From Candidatus Babelota bacterium (GTDB taxonomy: Bacteria > Babelota > Babeliae > Babelales > JAUPTZ01), in contig JAUPTZ010000013.1 of the NCBI GenBank assembly GCA_030917815.1, forward strand, positions 3,109 through 67,108: a DNA stretch of 64,000 bases, written 5' to 3'. Below the pieces are notes generated by a model. It was not told the origin of the DNA. It saw only the letters and a program-made list of their open reading frames with translations, and did not search any database. Made by a program: the position numbers and the translations under genes. Positions 57,855-64,000 of the stretch are shown here, piece after piece; position 1 is the stretch's first letter; each line of letters begins with the position of its first letter.

Positions 57855-59120
57855 ATGAGAAAAAATATAATTATACCGTATTTTTTTGCTACGATTCTTA
57901 TTGCAACCGCCTATCCACTGCAGGCCCGATGGAACCACCTCGCCACCGCCGGCGTAGCGGTTGCCGGACTCAACTTAGCCGCACAGCTAGCAGACAAAAA
58001 GCAGCGCACTGCATTGTTTAAGGCAAGCACACGCACCAATCAAACGCCTTTCACCGCTCGTATGCGTATGGCATTATTGACCGGATTGCCCTTGGCAGCT
58101 GCACTTATCTATGCATTAACTGGACAACTACCAGCACCGCAAAAAACAGCCACCCCGCCGGCCACTAAACCACTCAGCAAGCCTCAAGAACAACCGATAG
58201 TTCCTCCAGCAGCAAAGCCGACTGCCACCGAGGCACAGAAAAAAGCACTTGGGGAAAAAGTATTAAGCACCTATCGAACCTACGTAAACAATAAAAAATA
58301 TAAGAAAGAGCAGCCATTTAGAAATCTAGTAACGCAAGCAACAACGGCACAAGAAACAAGAACCGCTCTTGAACAAGCGGCCACCAACACCATCATCGAA
58401 AACTACCGTACTATCCGTCATAACCGACAGGGAGCAAGATTTCGGGACGTGGTAGAGCGCGCTCAGGCAGAAGAACGAGATCGCATTGCCCTAGAAGCTG
58501 AAATCGCCCGTTTCGGAGCAGAAGCAGCAGCACAGCGTGTACGAGAAGAAGCGGAACGAATTGAACGGGAACAACGAGTGCATGAAGAGCGCGTAACCAC
58601 TCAAGTAAAGGTTATAACCGATCAACTTGAACAAGTTTTAGAATCTACCGATATTGTAGTCAGCCTCAAAGACGAAATTACAGCCGAATATGAACGTATG
58701 AAAACTCTTCTGACAAGCGGTGGTGCCGCCTTAAGAAATGCAACCACACCAAGCGAGGCTCAGCAGGCAGGTGAGAATGTGCTACGTAATCTTCAAGCCG
58801 CACAAGATGCTGTTGAATCAGCGCAGCGATTAGCTCGATCTGCTCAGGCTGAAGCCGAAGGTATACGGGAAGCATCTCGAACCCTGTACAATCAGCATAC
58901 AGCCTTTGGCCTTGCCGAGCGAACTGCTCCACTGCGTGACACCGCTATGCAAACAGCCGAACAGGCACAGATGGCCGCCCAGGAAGCTGCCGAACGAGTA
59001 CACATGATCAGAGGAAGAACAAGATACGCCATACTGATGGCTCGTGAGTCAATTACCGCGGCACGGAGAACCTTTCCTGGACTAAGTATTATGCCGCCCG
59101 ACTATCCTGATGAAAACTAA
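57855..59120 (+). CDS. Membrane-anchored Pro-rich/coiled-coil protein, unknown function
   Basis: Three N-terminal hydrophobic segments, the linker PAPQKTATPPATKPLSKPQEQPIVPPAAKPTATE, then about 280 aa of A/E/R/Q-rich heptad-like sequence. Confidence 0.65.
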   Translation: MRKNIIIPYFFATILIATAYPLQARWNHLATAGVAVAGLNLAAQLADKKQRTALFKASTRTNQTPFTARMRMALLTGLPLAAALIYALTGQLPAPQKTATPPATKPLSKPQEQPIVPPAAKPTATEAQKKALGEKVLSTYRTYVNNKKYKKEQPFRNLVTQATTAQETRTALEQAATNTIIENYRTIRHNRQGARFRDVVERAQAEERDRIALEAEIARFGAEAAAQRVREEAERIEREQRVHEERVTTQVKVITDQLEQVLESTDIVVSLKDEITAEYERMKTLLTSGGAALRNATTPSEAQQAGENVLRNLQAAQDAVESAQRLARSAQAEAEGIREASRTLYNQHTAFGLAERTAPLRDTAMQTAEQAQMAAQEAAERVHMIRGRTRYAILMARESITAARRTFPGLSIMPPDYPDEN

Positions 59121-59773
59121 TCAAGCTCTTTCGAGGCTGCCGCGACAGTATTCGATCGATACCATTGGAACTGTACGCACAACACAATGCAATACCCAAC
59201 CGCACGCAAACCATTGAATACGCTCTGTATCGGTAGGTTAAGCAGAAACGAAATAATCATCTCCATGAATCCGGCAAAACCCAACATCGAAATGTAGGCA
59301 AAGCTTAACCCTTTAACACTCTTGCGGGCATGATTTTTGAGTACTTGCGGTAGCTGAGTAAAAATCTGTACCACGACCGAGATCCATCCCATTGCATTAC
59401 CAATCGCATCGGGATACCACCAAGCGACAGCTAACATTGCGGCGGTAACGACATGAAGCACCACGTATGAGGCAACCAGAAATGTGCGTGCCTCTTTATC
59501 GCGACAATAGTAAAAGCATTGCATCACCAAGATGCTAATATTAAACATTAACAACGGCTCCATCACTCGACAGGCAAGGGGAAGCATCAGTAAAAAAGTG
59601 TAGACAGTCGTAGCCATGTTACCGGTGTAATCAAAAAACACCATCCGATAACTCAACCCTGACGTAGAACGATTTTTATAATTCAACAAAATTTGCGGAA
59701 TCCCGGCAAAATAATAAATAGTGAATGGAATCCAGGCTGTCCAGCCGTACGAAATAACACTCAACTCGGCCAT
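59117..59773 (-). CDS. Seven-TM PQ-loop repeat protein, paralog 1
   Basis: Two PQ motifs: IPQILLNYKNRSTSGLS and LPQVLKNHARKSVKGLS. Confidence 0.8.
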   Translation of the reverse strand: MAELSVISYGWTAWIPFTIYYFAGIPQILLNYKNRSTSGLSYRMVFFDYTGNMATTVYTFLLMLPLACRVMEPLLMFNISILVMQCFYYCRDKEARTFLVASYVVLHVVTAAMLAVAWWYPDAIGNAMGWISVVVQIFTQLPQVLKNHARKSVKGLSFAYISMLGFAGFMEMIISFLLNLPIQSVFNGLRAVGYCIVLCVQFQWYRSNTVAAASKELD

Positions 59774-59782
59774 ATAAATCCC

Positions 59783-60409
59783 TTACGATGCTCTCTTCTT
59801 TTTACTAAACGATGCAAATTGATAGATAAAGATCGTATAGACTAACAGACCTCGCACCGCATTCAAAACACTTTGTATTGGCAAGAGCCGCCAGTAAGCA
59901 ATTCCAAGCTCAGCACATGCGGCCGAACCAAGCATAACTACATACCAAATACTCAATCCTTCAACGCTTTTTTCTCGCTGATTTTTAATAAGCTGCGGCA
60001 ATTGAAAAATCGCGTATAAAATCGTAAAAAGCCACCCGGTTGAAAAGCCAACCTCAAGTGGGTACATGCCACCCCAAAAAAGAACGGCCAAGGCGATAGT
60101 AACCACCGCAGCGTAGCTGTACGCGATCTCTTTCGAGACACTTTTACGCCCGCTATACCAAAATTCCTGCAAAGCCAACATCGTCCATGCCAATAAAATG
60201 AGTGGATGCATAACCCGATACGCAAACGGCAGGCACATAAAATGGTCGTACAAGAGAGAACACATAAGGCCACTAATGCCCAAAAAAACCGTCCATTGGC
60301 TTAAGCTTTTGGTCGATTGCTTACACCAATTCAAATAAACCTGAGCTAACGGTGCACCGCAAAAGAGGATCATCGGAATCCAGGCAATATACTCGGATAA
60401 ATGAATCAT
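59783..60409 (-). CDS. Seven-TM PQ-loop repeat protein, paralog 2
   Basis: First motif is degenerate (APLAQVYLNWCKQSTKSLS); second is LPQLIKNQREKSVEGLS. Confidence 0.8.
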   Translation of the reverse strand: MIHLSEYIAWIPMILFCGAPLAQVYLNWCKQSTKSLSQWTVFLGISGLMCSLLYDHFMCLPFAYRVMHPLILLAWTMLALQEFWYSGRKSVSKEIAYSYAAVVTIALAVLFWGGMYPLEVGFSTGWLFTILYAIFQLPQLIKNQREKSVEGLSIWYVVMLGSAACAELGIAYWRLLPIQSVLNAVRGLLVYTIFIYQFASFSKKKRAS

Positions 60410-60496
60410 GAATAAAACCTTGGTAATGCGCCTATACGCGTTTTTATCGATAGGCAGCAGTACACCATAAAACGACCTGGTGAAAACAGATATTAT

Positions 60497-61141
60497 CTAT
60501 TTTGCACCACTGTTGCCTGACGCAGTAGCACTAGAACGATTGCGATAGATAAAAAACTGCGCTAGATAAATCAAATAACAGGTCGTGACGCGCAAGGTCG
60601 CTAGTATCGTTGGCATTGGCAACCCGTAGTAGAGGGAAAGCGACAAATCACATATCCCTCCCCACCCAATGGCCGATGAAAACAGAATATTAAAACCAAC
60701 CGTACTTTTACGTTTCCAATTTCGATAAATCTGCGGCATATCGGACATGACACCGGTAATAACTGCTAACCAACCGCCAAGCATCCCGGCCTGTAGCGGA
60801 TACCACTGGCTAAAAATAAGCAGCGCAACCAGCGTAGAAACCAGCTTAAGATAACAGAAGCGGAGCCACCGTTGCTCGTGCCAGATCTTATCGTAAAAAT
60901 ATCCCTGTAGCGCCAAAACAATAATACCGGAAAGACAGGCCGGATAGAGCACTTTATGCGCCAAAGGAAGGTTCAACAGATAGACATATACCGTATAGGT
61001 AGAAACCGCAAAAATACGGAGAAATAGCATCCAGGCGCTTAATCCAACCGCATCACCACGACGATAATTGGTTAAGATTTGAGGCCACGATGCCACCGTG
61101 TATAACGATATTGGCACCCACATTAATACGGTATAGTCCAT
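60497..61141 (-). CDS. Seven-TM PQ-loop repeat protein, paralog 3
   Basis: WPQILTNYRRGDAVGLS and MPQIYRNWKRKSTVGFN. The likely start is MDYTVLMWV at 61141; the track ORF extends to 61204, overlapping pepA. Confidence 0.8.
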   Translation of the reverse strand: MDYTVLMWVPISLYTVASWPQILTNYRRGDAVGLSAWMLFLRIFAVSTYTVYVYLLNLPLAHKVLYPACLSGIIVLALQGYFYDKIWHEQRWLRFCYLKLVSTLVALLIFSQWYPLQAGMLGGWLAVITGVMSDMPQIYRNWKRKSTVGFNILFSSAIGWGGICDLSLSLYYGLPMPTILATLRVTTCYLIYLAQFFIYRNRSSATASGNSGAK

Positions 61142-61169
61142 CAAGTACCTTTCTAGTGTCGCGATGACC

Positions 61170-62678
61170 TTATTTATTGGCCATATATCGACGTACAAAC
61201 TCAACCATTACGCGAACACCGGTTCCGGTTGCGCCCTTACCTAAATACGTTGTACCAGGAATTTTGCTGTCGGTACCAGCAATATCAAGGTGAGCCCAAC
61301 GACGACCTTTATCAATGAAATGCTCAAGGAACAAGGCGGCTGTAATCGCGCCGGCTTTGTAGGTTTGCGATCCAGAGTTTGAAATATCAGCAACGGTTGA
61401 TTCAATAGCCGGCTTATATTCGTCAGACAACGGCAACGGCCACACCTTATCACCGACAAAGAATCCGATATCGGTTAATTCTTTGGCCAATTCTTCGTCC
61501 CGCGTCATAAGACCGGCATAGAAAGGCCCAAAGGTTGCGGCGCATGAACCGGTTAGTGTTGCAATATCGATCACTACGGCCGGATCAAATTTCTTTTGTA
61601 CATAGCACAATGCATCGGACAAGATGAGGCGCCCTTCCGCATCGGTATTTTCAATTTCAACATGCAAGCCATTCATTGCGGTCACCACGTCATCTTGCTT
61701 ACTTGCTCTGCCACTTGGCATATTTTCAACCAACGGCGCAATACCAACAACCCGAACATTTGGTTTAATTTGAGCAATAATTTGTAACGCCGCAAAGACG
61801 GCGGCCGCGCCGGACATATCATACTTCATGCCGGTCATATAGTTGGATGGCTTCAGGCTGATACCACCGGTATCAAAACACACCCCTTTACCCACCAACG
61901 CGATCACCGGAGCGTTTGCATTGTTCACCGGTGCATACTCAAGCATTACAATCTTGCCTTCATGCTCAGAACCTTTTGCTACCGAGTAAAAGCAACCCAT
62001 GCCCATCGCGCGAGCTTCTTCTTGCTCAATAACCGTATATCCAAGGCCAAATTCTTTAGCGATACTAGCGGCTTTTTCGGCCATAACGGCCGGATACATA
62101 TGGTTGCCTGGGGTGTCGGCAAGCGTACGAGCCATGTTCATTGCTTCACCCACCAATGAACCGGTCTTGAGTGTTTCGGCTTTGGTCACATCGGTTGCCG
62201 TAATAAACAGCGATGGCTCCCATAATTTCTTATCTTTTTTAAATGTGCTGTAATGGTAGCTGGCAAGGTGCAACACGGTCGCAATTTGCTCTAAGTAAAC
62301 GTCACACGAAAGACCAAACGGTTTTGGTGCAGGAACACAGACAAGAATTTCTTGGGCTCCGGTTGCTTGAAGGTGATTGTAGCCGCTGCCCAACGCACGT
62401 CGCAGCGTCTCCATATTCTCAACCGATTTTTTATCAAGATCACCAAGACCCACAAAAACAAACGGTATCCCATTAACCACATGGACGCACGACTGCCCCG
62501 CCTTGCCCATAAATTTCATCGCTTTAAATACCGCGGCAAGATCAACACCCTTAAGATAAGGTGCGATAGCGTCACTCGTTAAAGAATTAAAGGTGGTTGA
62601 AATTTCCGAAGCCATAACCGGAACGAGAACAGCACCTATTGTTTGTGCCGCTGATTGAAATGATACTGAAATGCTCAT
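61170..62678 (-). CDS. pepA: Leucyl aminopeptidase (M17)
   Basis: VGKGVCFDTGGISLKP, NTDAEGRL and the GATG region are M17 hallmarks. Confidence 0.93.
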   Translation of the reverse strand: MSISVSFQSAAQTIGAVLVPVMASEISTTFNSLTSDAIAPYLKGVDLAAVFKAMKFMGKAGQSCVHVVNGIPFVFVGLGDLDKKSVENMETLRRALGSGYNHLQATGAQEILVCVPAPKPFGLSCDVYLEQIATVLHLASYHYSTFKKDKKLWEPSLFITATDVTKAETLKTGSLVGEAMNMARTLADTPGNHMYPAVMAEKAASIAKEFGLGYTVIEQEEARAMGMGCFYSVAKGSEHEGKIVMLEYAPVNNANAPVIALVGKGVCFDTGGISLKPSNYMTGMKYDMSGAAAVFAALQIIAQIKPNVRVVGIAPLVENMPSGRASKQDDVVTAMNGLHVEIENTDAEGRLILSDALCYVQKKFDPAVVIDIATLTGSCAATFGPFYAGLMTRDEELAKELTDIGFFVGDKVWPLPLSDEYKPAIESTVADISNSGSQTYKAGAITAALFLEHFIDKGRRWAHLDIAGTDSKIPGTTYLGKGATGTGVRVMVEFVRRYMANK

Positions 62679-62805
62679 GTAAATTCCCTACTGAAAGTAA
62701 GCCACTTGAATTCAATGCGTTGACGTTACCGCGCCATAGCGCGCCAATAGAATCAACATCTTCATTCATAGTAGCTGTGACCAAATACCATAGGGGCAGA
62801 TCATA

Positions 62806-63180
62806 TCAAGAAAGAGAGGGCAGCGCTATCCGTAATGCCTCAAGCGCTAAAAGAACACAGCGCAAACGGGTTGGTCCAACAGCCACCCCAATACGTTCTT
62901 GCATATATTGCGCATTGATCGTTGCAATCTTTGATACCGATAATCCATGAAGATGCTCCATAAGCATTGAGGCGGCCGCTTGGCTCAACACACAGCCTTC
63001 CCCTTGGAATCCACAGGCAATCACTCGGCCATCAACTATCCTGCCCGCAACTGAAATGCGGTCACCACACGATTGATTCACCAGTGCGGCTGAAAAATGA
63101 GGGTTCTCTATAACTCCCCGGTGCCGAGGAAATTTGTAGTGGTCAAGCAGCTCATCGTGGACTAACATGGCGCCATTCAT
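62806..63180 (-). CDS. sufU: SufU/IscU-type Fe-S scaffold or sulfur-acceptor protein
   Basis: DHYKFPRHRG, NQSCGD, GEGCVLSQA and VGPTRLRC motifs. The ATG at 63180 overlaps the sufS stop (ATGA). Confidence 0.8.
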   Translation of the reverse strand: MNGAMLVHDELLDHYKFPRHRGVIENPHFSAALVNQSCGDRISVAGRIVDGRVIACGFQGEGCVLSQAAASMLMEHLHGLSVSKIATINAQYMQERIGVAVGPTRLRCVLLALEALRIALPSLS

Positions 63181-64000
63181 AAGATTTCTCGCCAGCGAGA
63201 GATACAATTGCGTAGTGCTGCAATAAGATGCTCAACCTGCGCCGGTGAATTATACATAAAAAAGCTAGCCCGAACCGTTGCTTTATTGCCCCATAATGAT
63301 GAAAGTGGCTGAGCACAATGATCACCGGCACGCACCGCACACCCATACTGACCCAAACTTGAGGCCAGATCATGAGCATGAATGCCATCAACATAAAAAC
63401 TAACCACATGCCCTTGCGATGACAGCAGCTCCTTATTGCCCACCACATGAACACCCGGGATACTCTCAAGCGCGCCAATGAGCTGCGCACAAAGCGTCGC
63501 TTCCTGCTGCCGCAATGCGGCAAAATCAACGTATTTCGTATAAAAATCAAGTAATGCCCCAAGACCAACCACTTGCGCTATTGGCGGTGTTCCGGCTTCA
63601 AAGCAATGAGGAGCGGCCTGCCACGTCATAAAGTCGTCGGCTACCGCAGCCACCATGCCACCACCAAACCGATACGGCTTCATATGCGCATGCATGCTAC
63701 TTCGCGCATACAAGACACCGAGCCCGGTTGGTCCACCCATCTTATGAACAGAGAAAGCGAGAAAATCACACTCAAGCCTCTCTACATCAATTGGTGCATG
63801 AGCAATCGTTTGTGCCGCATCAATGATTACACCGGCCCCGACAGAGCGAACCTTAGTAATGCACTGACGAAGCAGATAGTTATCAGCACCCCAGATTGGC
63901 CCGAGAACATTTGAGCTCATCGTTGCCGCAAAGACTTTAATAGATTTGGTCAAAAGATGATCAAGCCCGGAAACATCTACACAGGAAGTTATGGGATCAA
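63177..64000 (-). CDS. sufS: Cysteine desulfurase SufS, C-terminal about 274 codons (runs off the right edge)
   Basis: PLP-lysine region FSVHKMGGPTGLGVLY and catalytic loop RAGDHCAQP. The frame is open to base 64000. Confidence 0.9.
   Translation of the reverse strand, partial: DPITSCVDVSGLDHLLTKSIKVFAATMSSNVLGPIWGADNYLLRQCITKVRSVGAGVIIDAAQTIAHAPIDVERLECDFLAFSVHKMGGPTGLGVLYARSSMHAHMKPYRFGGGMVAAVADDFMTWQAAPHCFEAGTPPIAQVVGLGALLDFYTKYVDFAALRQQEATLCAQLIGALESIPGVHVVGNKELLSSQGHVVSFYVDGIHAHDLASSLGQYGCAVRAGDHCAQPLSSLWGNKATVRASFFMYNSPAQVEHLIAALRNCISRWREIL

Overview
64-kb chromosomal segment, apparently from a bacterium with a reduced, scavenging-type gene set in a poorly characterised lineage (inference; no organism can be named from sequence alone). 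About 55 real genes sit on a conserved backbone. That backbone comprises rplA(partial)-rplK-nusG-secE behind a five-tRNA array (Tyr, Gly, Thr-TGT, Thr-GGT, Trp), tsaE, a NYN-domain gene, a lone atpG, two tandem thymidine kinases and radA. It continues with rpsI, sufB-sufD, an M3 oligopeptidase, sufC, a batA-E cluster, plsC, gyrB, tadA and a DksA/TraR-type zinc finger. The rest is a Na+/solute symporter, topA, three more tRNAs (Arg, Ser, Ser), NUDIX, an MFS pump, two TipA/Mta-like MerR regulators, two GNATs, cutA, pepA and sufU-sufS(partial). Four things stand out. (1) A modular, GC-rich, hairpin-forming repeat family fills almost every long intergenic gap and starts exactly at the encoded CCA of 6 of the 9 tRNAs (possibly 7; the Arg trailer is unclear); one hairpin shows a compensatory base-pair change between copies. 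(2) A tandem pair of about 690-aa signal-peptide plus C-terminal-anchor proteins shows a mosaic of near-identical and divergent blocks. (3) A roughly 10.5-kb region centred on the Arg/Ser/Ser tRNAs encodes nine lineage-specific signal-peptide proteins, including a three-member family with shared LYLP and HLYLL motifs. (4) Three tandem full-length (7-TM, double PQ motif) PQ-loop carriers sit next to pepA. I found no CRISPR array, integrase, transposase, reverse transcriptase or recognisable defence or toxin gene. All calls rest on manual reading of the ORF track and DNA; no database search was possible.
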